Shown here: piece after piece, positions 50,729 to 60,754 of the stretch
How positions within the stretch are numbered: position 1 is the first letter of the stretch
Layout: each line of letters begins with the position of its first letter
DNA from: Clostridiales bacterium
GTDB lineage: Bacteria > Bacillota > Clostridia > Monoglobales > WRBX01
DNA length: 64,000 bases
Reading direction: 5' to 3'
Assembly (NCBI GenBank): GCA_031261985.1
Contig: JAISIR010000011.1
Location: 19,472 to 83,471 of the forward strand
Position numbers and translations under genes: made by a program
Notes under the pieces: generated by a model
The model's database searches: none
Seen by the model: only the letters and a program-made list of their open reading frames with translations
Told to the model about the DNA's origin: nothing

Positions 50729-53377
50729 ATGTCAAAAAAGTATGTTTACCTTTTTAGTGAAGGCGACGGAGGAATGCGCAACCTTTTAGGTGGCAAAGGC
50801 GCTAACTTAGCCGAGATGACTCGTTTAGGTTTGCCAGTTCCACAAGGGTTTACCGTTTCTACCGAGGCTTGTACTAAGTATTACGAAGATGGAAAAGTGA
50901 TTTCTGAAGATATTCTAGAGCAAATTAATGTTGCTTTAGCAAATACGGAAGAGCTTTTAGGCAAGAAGTTTGGCGATGTAGAGAATCCGCTTTTAGTTAG
51001 CGTTCGTTCTGGTGCGCGCGCGTCTATGCCAGGAATGATGGATACTATCCTTAACCTTGGGCTTAACGACCAAGTGGTAGAGGGGTTATCTAGGCTTACT
51101 AATAATCCACGTTTTGCTTATGATAGCTATCGTAGGTTTATTCAAATGTTTGCCGATGTTGTTATGGAGCTTCCAAAATCTAGATTTGAAGTTATCATTG
51201 ACGAGATGAAAGAGGCTCGTGGCGTTAAGCAAGACACCGAGCTTACAGCCGAAGATTTAAAAGAGCTTATTACTAAATTTAAAGCTTTTTATAAAGAGCA
51301 ATTGGGTAGCGACTTCCCTCAAGAGCCTAAGATGCAAATGATAGAAGCAGTTAAGGCTGTGTTCCGTTCGTGGGATAACCCTAGGGCTAATGTGTACAGA
51401 ATGATGAATGATATCCCTTATTCTTGGGGGACAGCTGTTAACGTTCAAGCAATGGTATTTGGTAACATGGGCGAGACTTCTGGCACAGGCGTTGCGTTTA
51501 CTCGCGACCCATCTGTTGGAACAAAGGCGCTTTATGGCGAGTACTTAATGAACGCACAAGGCGAAGATGTTGTTGCCGGGATTCGTACTCCTCAACCAAT
51601 ATCTACATTAAAAGATGTTATGCCTGAAGTGTATGAGCAATTTGTAAAGGTAGCTAATACTTTAGAGAATCACTTTAAAGATATGCAAGACATGGAGTTT
51701 ACTATTGAGCGTGGTAAGTTATTTATGCTTCAGACGCGTAACGGTAAGCGCACAGCTCAAGCTGCTATTAAAATTGCTGTTGATTTAGTAGAAGAAGGCA
51801 TGGCTACTAAAGAAGAAGTTATGAACAAGGTTGATGCTAAGCAATTGGATACTTTGTTACATCCTACTTTTAACCCAGATAAATTAAAGAGCGCGACACC
51901 TATTACAACTGGGTTGGCGGCTTCACCTGGGGCGGCTTATGGCGCAGTTTACTTTACAGCCGAGGCAGCAGTTGCAGCGGCAGAGGGTGGCAAAAAAGTT
52001 ATATTAGTTCGTATGGAGACATCTCCTGAAGATATCGAAGGTATGAACGCGGCGCAAGGTATTATGACGGCGCGCGGGGGCATGACCTCGCACGCAGCGG
52101 TAGTTGCACGTGGCATGGGTACATGTTGTGTAGCTGGTTGTGGCGCAATTAAAGTTGTAGAAGAAGAGAAGTATTTTGAGCTAAATGGTAAAAGATACAA
52201 TCAAGGCGATATAATTTCGCTTGATGGTAGCACAGGTAATGTTTACGAGGGCGCTATCGAAACTCAGGAAGCTGAGATGACTGGTGATTTTGGTAAGTTC
52301 ATGGCTTGGGTAGACGAGATTCGTACCCTTAACGTTCGTGCTAATGCTGATACTCCTAAAGATGCTGCAACAGCTGTTAAGTTTGGTGCAGAGGGTATTG
52401 GTTTATGTCGCACAGAGCATATGTTCTTTGAAGCCGACAGGATTAAAGCTGTTCGCGAGATGATAGTTGCTACCGATGTTGAAGGTCGCGAAAAGGCTTT
52501 GGCTAAGTTGCTTCCTATACAACGTGGCGATTTTGAGGGATTATTCGAGGCGATGGGCGCACGTCCAGTTACTATTCGCTTGTTAGACCCACCGTTGCAC
52601 GAGTTCCTTCCTCATAAAGATGAAGAGATTCGCGAATTGGCAGCTGATTTAGGCATTACTTTTGAATCACTAAAAGGCACAGTTGAGAGCCTACACGAGT
52701 TTAACCCAATGCTTGGGCATCGTGGTTGTCGTTTAGATGTTACTTACCCAGAAATTGCTGTTATGCAGGCGCGTGCTATAATAGAGGCTGCTATAAATGT
52801 TAACAAAAAGGGTATGAATGTTGTTCCAGAGATTATGATTCCGCTAGTTGGCGAAGTTAAAGAGCTTAAATATGTTAAAGATGTTGTAGTTAAAACAGCT
52901 GACGAAGTTATCGCTAATAGTGGCGTTAACCTAACTTATAAAGTTGGTACAATGATAGAGGTTCCTCGCGCGGCGGTAACAGCTGATGAGATTGCTACCG
53001 AGGCAGAGTTCTTCTCTTTTGGAACTAACGATTTAACACAGATGACATTTGGTTTCTCACGCGATGATGCAGGTAAGTTCTTGAATGATTACTATACTAA
53101 GAAGATATTCGAGAGCGACCCATTTGCTAGATTAGACCAAGTTGGTGTTGGTCAATTAGTTAAGATGGCTGCTGAAAAAGGCCGCAAGACGCGTCCTGAC
53201 ATTAAGCTTGGTATTTGTGGTGAGCATGGTGGCGACCCATCTACAGTTGAGTTCTGCTACAATATTGGCTTGAACTATGTATCTTGTTCGCCTTATCGTG
53301 TACCGATTGCAAGATTGGCGGCTGCACAAGCAGTTGTGAACGATAAAGCTTCTAAGAAAGAAGAAAAAAGCGCGTAA
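50729..53377 (+). CDS. ppdK: Pyruvate, phosphate dikinase
   Basis: N-terminus MSKKYVYLFSEG...LLGGKGANLAEM, catalytic His loop GGMTSHAAVVARGMG, and a PEP-utilising TIM barrel at the C-terminus; 882 aa. Confidence 0.96.
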   Translation: MSKKYVYLFSEGDGGMRNLLGGKGANLAEMTRLGLPVPQGFTVSTEACTKYYEDGKVISEDILEQINVALANTEELLGKKFGDVENPLLVSVRSGARASMPGMMDTILNLGLNDQVVEGLSRLTNNPRFAYDSYRRFIQMFADVVMELPKSRFEVIIDEMKEARGVKQDTELTAEDLKELITKFKAFYKEQLGSDFPQEPKMQMIEAVKAVFRSWDNPRANVYRMMNDIPYSWGTAVNVQAMVFGNMGETSGTGVAFTRDPSVGTKALYGEYLMNAQGEDVVAGIRTPQPISTLKDVMPEVYEQFVKVANTLENHFKDMQDMEFTIERGKLFMLQTRNGKRTAQAAIKIAVDLVEEGMATKEEVMNKVDAKQLDTLLHPTFNPDKLKSATPITTGLAASPGAAYGAVYFTAEAAVAAAEGGKKVILVRMETSPEDIEGMNAAQGIMTARGGMTSHAAVVARGMGTCCVAGCGAIKVVEEEKYFELNGKRYNQGDIISLDGSTGNVYEGAIETQEAEMTGDFGKFMAWVDEIRTLNVRANADTPKDAATAVKFGAEGIGLCRTEHMFFEADRIKAVREMIVATDVEGREKALAKLLPIQRGDFEGLFEAMGARPVTIRLLDPPLHEFLPHKDEEIRELAADLGITFESLKGTVESLHEFNPMLGHRGCRLDVTYPEIAVMQARAIIEAAINVNKKGMNVVPEIMIPLVGEVKELKYVKDVVVKTADEVIANSGVNLTYKVGTMIEVPRAAVTADEIATEAEFFSFGTNDLTQMTFGFSRDDAGKFLNDYYTKKIFESDPFARLDQVGVGQLVKMAAEKGRKTRPDIKLGICGEHGGDPSTVEFCYNIGLNYVSCSPYRVPIARLAAAQAVVNDKASKKEEKSA

Positions 53378-53417
53378 TAACGCTTGAAATTAAGAAAGAT
53401 TTTTAAAGATAAAAAAG

Positions 53418-53451
53418 AGGTTGCCATGGGTTATCGTGGCAGCCTTTTTTT
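53418..53451 (+). terminator. Rho-independent terminator of ppdK
   Basis: gaggttgcca tgggttatcg tggcagcc followed by ttttttt. Confidence 0.8.
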
Positions 53452-53584
53452 AATGGAGAATTTATTAAAGAGGCTAGTCGGCACTAGTTCATTCGCTGCG
53501 CCGCTAGCCCTTACTTGTGTCCTAAGCCCACAAAAAAGATTTTTTGCGGAATTTTAATTACAAACAAGTAAAATAGGGTGTATT

Positions 53585-54331
53585 TTAATTTTTAATAGCC
53601 CATTTGCACCAGACGCATTTATCGCAAGAGAGGTGAGAGTAACGTTCGTCGGTTTGGGCGAGATATGATATGCACTTGGTATAATCGAGCGAGTATTCGC
53701 CTAGAGCGTGGGTGGGGCAGCGGTTTAGGCACTCGCGGCAATGGGTGCAGCCAGAGGCGATGGGTGAGGTGGGGGCGATATCGAGGTTAGTGACGATAAG
53801 ACCGAGGTAGCACTCGAAACCAAAGCGTGGGTTGTACAAAAGGTTGTTCATGCCTATCCAGCCCAAGCCTGCAATTTTGGCGATATGGCGTTCGTGAAGA
53901 CGTCCAGAATCGACCAGGAATTTTGCTTTAAAAGAAGTAGCGGCGCCAGGTGCGAGGTTTGGATTAGGTTCGGGGTCGCAAGTAATTTGAGATTCAATTT
54001 TACTCCATAAAAGTTTAAGGCGGTCTTTGCAAATATTGCGATAATTACCGCCGCGGCGGAATTTAGGGAGGGTGTCGTCGCTTGGGGCAGGAATATAATC
54101 GGGTTGATTACAAAGGTAGCCAAAGGCGAGGGCGATGATACTTTTGGCATCGGGCAGCACTAAAAAGGGGTTGATGCGTTGCTGGATATCGGCACGGACA
54201 AAGGGGGTGGGGCGGGCGTGCAAAATAGGCTCGAGCTCGGTAAAAACTCGCGCTTGTGCCACGCCTACTTGTGCGTTAAGATGTAGGGAGTTGGCGATGG
54301 ATTGGATTGTGGATGGGGATAGTTGGTTCAT
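53585..54331 (-). CDS. queG: Epoxyqueuosine reductase (QueG)-like 4Fe-4S protein, short form (248 aa)
   Basis: GLGWIGMNNLLYNPRFGFECYLGLIVTNLDI and the ferredoxin motif CTHCRECLNRCPTHAL. It is shorter than canonical QueG. Its start overlaps the mtaB stop by 4 nt. Confidence 0.6.
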   Translation of the reverse strand: MNQLSPSTIQSIANSLHLNAQVGVAQARVFTELEPILHARPTPFVRADIQQRINPFLVLPDAKSIIALAFGYLCNQPDYIPAPSDDTLPKFRRGGNYRNICKDRLKLLWSKIESQITCDPEPNPNLAPGAATSFKAKFLVDSGRLHERHIAKIAGLGWIGMNNLLYNPRFGFECYLGLIVTNLDIAPTSPIASGCTHCRECLNRCPTHALGEYSLDYTKCISYLAQTDERYSHLSCDKCVWCKWAIKN

Positions 54332-55575
54332 ATTATCACATCGACGATAGAGTTTTGTGGGTAAATTTTGCCATCATCTAAGTTTACATAAATGTAGTTA
54401 GGAGTATAGCCACCGTTGTCTTTCTCTACTAATATACTAGATTTTTTTCCCTTTTGAGATAGCAGAAATTGCGATTCCATACTAATGCCAAGCTGGCGCA
54501 TTTCTTTCGCGCGAGTAGTTTTTATGATATCTGGAACCAATCCGCCGTTTTGTTCGATAAAACTTGGCGTGGCGGCGCGGGTGCCTTGGCGAAGAGAGTA
54601 AGGAAAGACATGGACTTTGCCAAAACCACATTTTTTAACGTTTTCCATACTTTCTTGATGCTCTAATTCCGTCTCGCCGATGAAGCCGACAATTACATCG
54701 GTAGTGATATTTACGTTAGGCATTGCGGATTGAAGTAGGCGGATAGCGGCTAGGTATTGAGGGAAATCGTAGTGGCGGTTCATGCGTTTTAAGGTAGTAG
54801 AGCAGCCGCTTTGGAGTGAGATATGGAAGTGCGGGCAGAGTTTGGGGATAGAGGCGGCGCGGGCGGCAAATTGCTCTGTTATAATATTAGGCTCGAGCGA
54901 GGAAAGGCGGATGCGTTTTATAGTGGGGATTTCGGCGATCGCTTGAGTTAAATCCAGCAGAGCAGGGTGGTTGTCATTGCAGAAGTGTGATAGGTTGATG
55001 CCGACTAGGACAATTTCGTTATATCCCTGTGAGGCAAGGGTATGCGCCTCGGTAAGGCAATCGTTGAAGGGGCGAGAAGTTTCGCGGCCGCGGGCGTGAG
55101 GGATAATGCAATAGGAACAGAAATTGTTGCAACCGTCTTGGATTTTTAGGTATGCGCGAGTATGATGCTCGGTGTTTTGGAATTGCGCAGAAGTGGCAGG
55201 CATGGTGGGAGTGGTAGGATTCGAGCCAGGGATATCATGCTTGCTTAAAAATTCGCAAACGGTATCGACTATATGAGATTTATCTTTACCGAATACTAAA
55301 TCGGCGTTAATATCGTTTGGCGAAAGCTCGGTGTAACAGCCTGTGACTACTAGGATAGCGGTGGGGCTGATTTTGCGTGCTTTTGCAACTGCTTGACGTG
55401 ATTTAGCCGAGCTTATAGAAGTGACGGCGCAGGTGTTGATGATGCAGATATCTGCAGGGGAAGTGTGTGGAACAACAATAAAGCCACGAGAGGCAAAGGC
55501 TTCTTGAAGCTTAGTTGTTTCGTATGAATTGACTTTGCAGCCAAGAGATGTAAAGGATATTTTATAATTTGACAT
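54328..55575 (-). CDS. mtaB: tRNA methylthiotransferase of the MiaB-like family, MtaB type
   Basis: MTTase N-domain FTSLGCKVNSYET and radical-SAM motif CNNFCSYCIIP. Confidence 0.85.
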   Translation of the reverse strand: MSNYKISFTSLGCKVNSYETTKLQEAFASRGFIVVPHTSPADICIINTCAVTSISSAKSRQAVAKARKISPTAILVVTGCYTELSPNDINADLVFGKDKSHIVDTVCEFLSKHDIPGSNPTTPTMPATSAQFQNTEHHTRAYLKIQDGCNNFCSYCIIPHARGRETSRPFNDCLTEAHTLASQGYNEIVLVGINLSHFCNDNHPALLDLTQAIAEIPTIKRIRLSSLEPNIITEQFAARAASIPKLCPHFHISLQSGCSTTLKRMNRHYDFPQYLAAIRLLQSAMPNVNITTDVIVGFIGETELEHQESMENVKKCGFGKVHVFPYSLRQGTRAATPSFIEQNGGLVPDIIKTTRAKEMRQLGISMESQFLLSQKGKKSSILVEKDNGGYTPNYIYVNLDDGKIYPQNSIVDVII

Positions 55576-55766
55576 AGGTAAAAGTTAAAACAGCAAAACA
55601 TGGATTGTGTATTTTTGCATCATTGTTACTTTGTGTTTTGCTTTAATGAAGAATTGAGAATGCAGAAAACAAATTCGAGATTCTGCTAAAATTAATTACG
55701 CGTAGTAGCTTGCAACCAAAATTTGTTCGCGAAAAACACGCTCCAAATTTATGGGCAAGCCTTGCG

Positions 55767-55823
55767 TTCGCTTTGCCAGCCAAAAACGCTGCGCCTATCG
55801 GCTTGCTTTTTTGGGGCAAACCT
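55767..55823. repeat. Repeat family B (terminator-like cassette), copy 1, abutting the glmS stop
   Basis: ttcgctttgccagccaaaaacgctgcgcctatcggcttgcttttttggggcaaacc is nearly identical to 59515-59571. The internal stem is aaaacgc/gcgtttt-like. Confidence 0.8.
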
Positions 55824-57671
55824 TTACTCTACAGTAACCGATTTTGCTAAATTGCGGGGTTTATCTACATCGCAACCGCGGGCGGCGGCTACGTAATAAC
55901 CAAACAATTGCAAAGGAACAACTGCGAGTGAGGCTGCTAAAAGTGGGTCGCATTTAGGTATAGTTATTACATAATCGGCAACTTCCGAGGCGGTATCCAT
56001 ACCTTCTTGAACAATAGCTAGCACAACGGCACCGCGCGCTTTGACCTCTTTTATATTACTTAATAATTTATCGTAAAGCCGAGGTTGAGTTGCAAGGGCA
56101 ATAACTAAAGTGCCATCTTCGATTAGGCTGATTGGACCATGTTTAAGCTCGCCGGCGGCATACGCTTCGCTATGGATATAGCTGATTTCTTTTAGTTTAA
56201 GTGAGCCTTCTAGACCGATTGCATAGTCTAGACTTCTGCCGATGAAAAATATATCTTTTGCGTTGTAGAACTTAGATGCTAAGTACTGAATATCGGTGCA
56301 ATTTTTTAGCATATCTTGAATTTTGGCAGGGATAAGTTGCAAGTTTTGAAGAAGTTCGTCGGTATCTTTTTGCGTCATCTCGCCCTTTTGCTGAGCTAAG
56401 TATTGCGATAAAAGGTAGACGACGGATAGCTGAGTGCTATATGCTTTAGTGGTGGCAACAGCAATCTCGGGGCCTGCCCAAGTGTACAAAATATCGTCAC
56501 TCTCGCGTGCGATAGATGAGCCGACAACGTTAACGATAGAAAGTATGCGCGCGCCTAGGCGTTTAGCCTCGCGAAGGGCGCAAAGGGTATCTAACGTCTC
56601 GCCCGATTGGCTTATAATTACAACCAAAGTATTTTTAGTTATTATCGGCGAGCGATAGCGGAACTCGCTGGCTAAATCTACCTCGACGGGGATGCGTGCT
56701 TGAGATTCGATTATATATTTTCCGACAACGCCGACGTGATATGCGCTGCCACAAGCTACAATGTAAATTTTATCTAGGTTATTTATATCTTCTTTAGTAA
56801 GTTTAACATCGTCTAATACTATTTGCCCGTTTTTAATGCGTGGGCTAATGGTTTCGGTTATGGCGTCTGGCTGTTCCATAATCTCTTTAAACATAAAATG
56901 TTCATAGCCGCCTTTTTCGGCACTAGACACGTCCCAATCGACTATATAGACCTCTTTTTTAATAGGCTCGCCATCGATGTTATAAATTGCAACGTTATCT
57001 TTAGTTAGAACGACGATTTCTTTATCTTCTAACAGATAAACATTGCGCGTGTAAGGTAAAATGGCAGGGATATCGGACGCTATAAAGTTACCTATTTTGG
57101 CAAGACCCACAATTAAAGGGCTATCCTTGCGGACGGCGTAGATATGCTCGGGGTCGTTATTAAACATAATGCCTAGTGCAAACGAGCCCTCTAGTTTGTT
57201 TATAGTCTTTTTGACGGCTTCCATTGAATTGCCATTGGTAGATTGATAGAAATAATCGACTAATTGAGCTACCACTTCGGTATCGGTATCGGAAACAAAG
57301 TTATATCCACGTGTTTGAAGATATTTTTTAAGGTCGATATAGTTTTCGATAATTCCGTTATGCACGACGGCGACATTATCGGAACCGTTGGTACCACCTA
57401 CATGAGGGTGTGAATTTATGTAGTTAGGCTCGCCATGGGTTGCCCAACGGGTATGGCCTATGCCCATCTCACCTTTTATAGATTTACCGCCATCTACTTT
57501 TTCTTCTAATACTTTAAGGCGGCCTTTGCATTTTTCGACCGTTATATTATTTTTATCTGTAAAAACAGCGATGCCTGCCGAGTCGTATCCGCGATATTCT
57601 AGTTTGCTTAGACCTTGAAGTAATACAGGAGCCGCTTGTTGGCGACCGACGAAACCTACTATACCACACAT
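55824..57671 (-). CDS. glmS: Glutamine-fructose-6-phosphate aminotransferase
   Basis: MCGIVGFVG Ntn nucleophile, two SIS domains, and the C-terminal KSVTVE. Confidence 0.97.
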   Translation of the reverse strand: MCGIVGFVGRQQAAPVLLQGLSKLEYRGYDSAGIAVFTDKNNITVEKCKGRLKVLEEKVDGGKSIKGEMGIGHTRWATHGEPNYINSHPHVGGTNGSDNVAVVHNGIIENYIDLKKYLQTRGYNFVSDTDTEVVAQLVDYFYQSTNGNSMEAVKKTINKLEGSFALGIMFNNDPEHIYAVRKDSPLIVGLAKIGNFIASDIPAILPYTRNVYLLEDKEIVVLTKDNVAIYNIDGEPIKKEVYIVDWDVSSAEKGGYEHFMFKEIMEQPDAITETISPRIKNGQIVLDDVKLTKEDINNLDKIYIVACGSAYHVGVVGKYIIESQARIPVEVDLASEFRYRSPIITKNTLVVIISQSGETLDTLCALREAKRLGARILSIVNVVGSSIARESDDILYTWAGPEIAVATTKAYSTQLSVVYLLSQYLAQQKGEMTQKDTDELLQNLQLIPAKIQDMLKNCTDIQYLASKFYNAKDIFFIGRSLDYAIGLEGSLKLKEISYIHSEAYAAGELKHGPISLIEDGTLVIALATQPRLYDKLLSNIKEVKARGAVVLAIVQEGMDTASEVADYVITIPKCDPLLAASLAVVPLQLFGYYVAAARGCDVDKPRNLAKSVTVE

Positions 57672-57771
57672 AAATGTTACCTCCGAAATTTTGCAATTAA
57701 GTGCGACAAACAGAAATTTTAAGATTGTGATGTTAAAAAACCGTTAATTGCAAATTTTAAATTTGATAAAA

Positions 57772-59118
57772 TTACGCCAATTTTTGTTCAATATAATCGG
57801 CTAAAATTTTCGCTTCGTTGCGAATATAATCTACATCTGCGCCCTCTAGCATAACGCGCACTAAAGGCTCGGTGCCACTTGGACGGATTAAAACCCTACC
57901 GTTACCCTGCATTTTCTTCTCTAAAAGAGAGATTTTTTTAGAGATATCGGCATCGGTCGAAAGGTTGAACTTTTTATCGTTAGGAACTTTTGCGTTTACT
58001 AAGACTTGGGGGAGAATGGTCATAACCTCGGATAACTCGCTTAGTTTTTTATTAGACGCGACGATGGTAGAAGCTAGTTGAAGGGCGGTTAGAAGCCCAT
58101 CGCCTGTTGTGTTATAATCAAGGAAGATAATATGCCCCGATTGCTCGCCGCCTAAACAATGGTTGCCACGCAACATCTCGGCTATAACGTAGCGGTCGCC
58201 TACATCGGTAGTGGCGATTGAAATGTTTTGCTCTTTAGCTGCAATGGTAAGGCCTAAATTACTCATAACGGTGGCGACGATTGTGTTGTTTTTTAGCTTG
58301 CCTGCGCGTTTTAAATGCCCGCCACAAATCATCAAAATTTGGTCGCCATCTACTTCGGTGCCATTTTCGTCGACGGCTAGCATTCTATCGGCATCGCCAT
58401 CGAAGGCGAAGCCATAGTTGCAACAATTTTGCGTGACGCACATTTTAAGCGGGGCAAGGTGGGTAGAGCCACAGCGAAGGTTGATATTCTCGCCACTTGG
58501 CTGGTTATTTATTTGAATAACCTCGGCGCCTAAATCGGTAAAAATTTTGGCGGCTATGTAACTGCTCGCACCGTTTGCACAATCGAGAGCTATTTTTTGA
58601 CCGAATAGTGAAACGTTAATTGTACTTTTTAAGAAGTCGATATATTCGTCTAAAAGGATGGGACGGTTGACGATTCTGCCTACTTCCACGCCTGTTTTAC
58701 GTTCGACGTCTTTTTTATTTAAAATTATATCTTCGATTTCGCTTTCTAATGCGTCGTCTAGCTTATAACCATGACGATTGAAGAACTTAATGCCATTGTA
58801 CTCGACAGGGTTATGGCTAGCCGAGATAACTACGCCGGCATCGAACCCTAGTTTGCGTGTTAGGTAGCTAATGGCGGGGGTGGGGGCGACGCCGACTAGC
58901 ACGGCCTCGGCACCTACTGAGCAAATGCCTGCCGAAAGGGCTGCCTCTAACATGCCAGATGATATGCGAGTATCGTTTCCTATTAATATGCGTGGTTTAT
59001 GATGTTCCTGCTCGCCTAAAACGGTGCTTCCTGCTTGACCGAGTGAGAACGCGAGCTCGGGAGTTAATTCGGTGCCAACTACCCCACGGACACCGTCTGT
59101 TCCAAATAATTTACCCAT
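57772..59118 (-). CDS. glmM: Phosphoglucosamine mutase
   Basis: [13 protein letters not shown] and the phosphoserine loop SASHNP; 448 aa. Confidence 0.96.
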   Translation of the reverse strand: MGKLFGTDGVRGVVGTELTPELAFSLGQAGSTVLGEQEHHKPRILIGNDTRISSGMLEAALSAGICSVGAEAVLVGVAPTPAISYLTRKLGFDAGVVISASHNPVEYNGIKFFNRHGYKLDDALESEIEDIILNKKDVERKTGVEVGRIVNRPILLDEYIDFLKSTINVSLFGQKIALDCANGASSYIAAKIFTDLGAEVIQINNQPSGENINLRCGSTHLAPLKMCVTQNCCNYGFAFDGDADRMLAVDENGTEVDGDQILMICGGHLKRAGKLKNNTIVATVMSNLGLTIAAKEQNISIATTDVGDRYVIAEMLRGNHCLGGEQSGHIIFLDYNTTGDGLLTALQLASTIVASNKKLSELSEVMTILPQVLVNAKVPNDKKFNLSTDADISKKISLLEKKMQGNGRVLIRPSGTEPLVRVMLEGADVDYIRNEAKILADYIEQKLA

Positions 59119-59235
59119 AATGTATTACCTCGTTTTAAGTTTTATAAATACGCTGCGCGCGAATAAATCGCGCTTCGCTTCTAAAGCTATTTTGTGCAAA
59201 TTGCCGACAAGCTGGCAATTTGTTTGTTTTTATTA

Positions 59236-59387
59236 TATAAATACGCTACAGCGGAGTGAATCCGCCTGCGCTCGTCGCAACAGCTTCATTCGGCTAATTT
59301 TTGCCAAAAGCGCAAAAACGTCGCCTTATTTCGCGTTGTTCCTCTTTTTCCCAAAAAGTAAAACCAACTTTTTGGGAGCCCTTTTTA
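59236..59387 (+). repeat. Repeat family A, copy 2
   Basis: tataaatacgctacagcggagtgaatccgcctgcgctcgtcgcaacagcttca...tttttgccaaaagcgcaaaaac...gcgttgttcctct...tcccaaaaagtaaaaccaactttttggga. Confidence 0.85.
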
Positions 59388-59514
59388 ATAAAGCCTAGGC
59401 ACTCCGGCGTGAGTAAATCACGCCTGCGTTGCTAAAGTGATAAAGTAATAAAATTGCATAAACCGCAATTTTATACAAATAACACGGAAATCGCGTTTTG
59501 CGGGAACCCTTTTG

Positions 59515-59571
59515 TTTGCTTTGCCAGCCTAAAACGCTGTGCCTATCGGCTTGCGTTTTTTGGGCAAACCT
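59515..59571. repeat. Repeat family B, copy 2, abutting the stop codon of the LCP gene
   Basis: tttgctttgccagcctaaaacgctgtgcctatcggcttgcgttttttgggcaaacc. Confidence 0.8.
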
Positions 59572-60459
59572 TCACTTCGTTATAAAATATTGTGTTCTTA
59601 ATGCGTCCATTTTTTCGACATCTGCTACCCAATAGCTTACGCCGCCTATCATTTGAGGCTCGCCCGGCACTTGAACTTGTGTAATAGTAGAGGTGTCTAT
59701 CCCTTTAAGTATATGCGCATAGCCTAGAATATCATTCATTGTTAAATTAGTGGTTACATTGGATTTTACTTCGTTATATATATCTTTTGCACGGGTTATA
59801 TTGCCAAGTGTTAGCTTTTGCTGAATAAGGGCTTTTAAGAAGTCTTGCTGAGCATGAACGCGACCGATATCACCTTCTGCATAGCCAGCGCGATATCTAA
59901 CGAACATCTCGGATTGCTTACCGTCTAAATGTTGAAGACCTTTTTTTAGGTTGATATGCAAGTTTTGTTCGGGGTCGTTATAATACATGTTCATAGGCAC
60001 GTCGATATCGACACCGCCTAGGACATCGATTATATTGCGGAAGCCCTCGAAATTAACACGTGCGTAGTAGTTAATGGGTATGCCGGTTAGGGCTATAACG
60101 GTATCGATTGTTGTTTGCTCGCGACCTTTATGGCCAATGGCCGAGTTGATTTTTGCGTAGTAGCCATCTATTTTAACGCGGGTATCGCGCGGGATAGAGA
60201 GCATGGAAATGGTTTTGGTTTTAGTATCTAGGCTGGCGATAATCATGGTATCGCTTAAATTTGTAGAGCCGTCGACACCTAGCAATAGCACGTTTACGCG
60301 ACCGTTAGTGATGGGTTTGGTAGTTACTTCTGAGCCGTCATCTGTATAGGCGGGGTTAAACGATGATGAAAAGGAGGTTGCGACATATACACCGCCGACA
60401 ACGCTGACGCATATTAAAAGAGATGTTATTATTAAAATTAAAATTTGCTTTGCGGACAT
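59572..60459 (-). CDS. LytR-CpsA-Psr (LCP) family cell-wall glycopolymer transferase
   Basis: N-terminal TM, then LLLGVDGSTNLSDTMIIASLD...LSIPRDTRV...NFEGFRNIIDVLGGVDIDV. Confidence 0.9.
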   Translation of the reverse strand: MSAKQILILIITSLLICVSVVGGVYVATSFSSSFNPAYTDDGSEVTTKPITNGRVNVLLLGVDGSTNLSDTMIIASLDTKTKTISMLSIPRDTRVKIDGYYAKINSAIGHKGREQTTIDTVIALTGIPINYYARVNFEGFRNIIDVLGGVDIDVPMNMYYNDPEQNLHINLKKGLQHLDGKQSEMFVRYRAGYAEGDIGRVHAQQDFLKALIQQKLTLGNITRAKDIYNEVKSNVTTNLTMNDILGYAHILKGIDTSTITQVQVPGEPQMIGGVSYWVADVEKMDALRTQYFITK

Positions 60460-60698
60460 GGAAAGACCCCATTGTTATTAATACATTTCTAAAAGTAGTT
60501 CGGATATTTTCGCGGACTAGCACGCAAAAATTTACTTTTATAATACAAACTAAATCTATCATATCTAATTATATTCTAAAGCGGGAGCGTTGTCAAGAGC
60601 AATAATTGGAAAAATATAAATTTTGTAGAAAAATGTAGGAAAAAGTTAAGGTAAAATGTTTTGATGTAAAATTATATATAAAAAAATTAAAAAAGTGC

Positions 60699-60727
60699 TT
60701 GCAATTATTTTAGTAATAATATATAAT
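60699..60727 (+). promoter_or_regulatory. Sigma-A promoter upstream of apbE-trxB
   Basis: TTGCAA (60699-60704), a 17-nt spacer, then TATAAT (60722-60727). Confidence 0.6.
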
Positions 60728-60754
60728 GATATAACAAGGGGAAATTTGCGTTAA

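Noticed and set aside
50568-50789. A 73-aa ORF overlapping the ppdK promoter and start.
   Set aside because: It contains the TTGACA-17-TATACT promoter and the SD of ppdK, and it runs out of frame into ppdK. It is not a credible gene.
53854-54350. Alternative-frame and antisense ORFs (53854..54150 and 54135..54350) within the queG-like gene.
   Set aside because: The sense frame carries the 4Fe-4S ferredoxin motif and QueG-like blocks; the other frames have no motifs.
59072-59398. A 108-aa ORF across the repeat-filled region upstream of glmM; likewise 60356..60562 and 60423..60605.
   Set aside because: It is composed of family A repeat and hairpin sequence. The equivalent repeat copies elsewhere do not keep an open frame.
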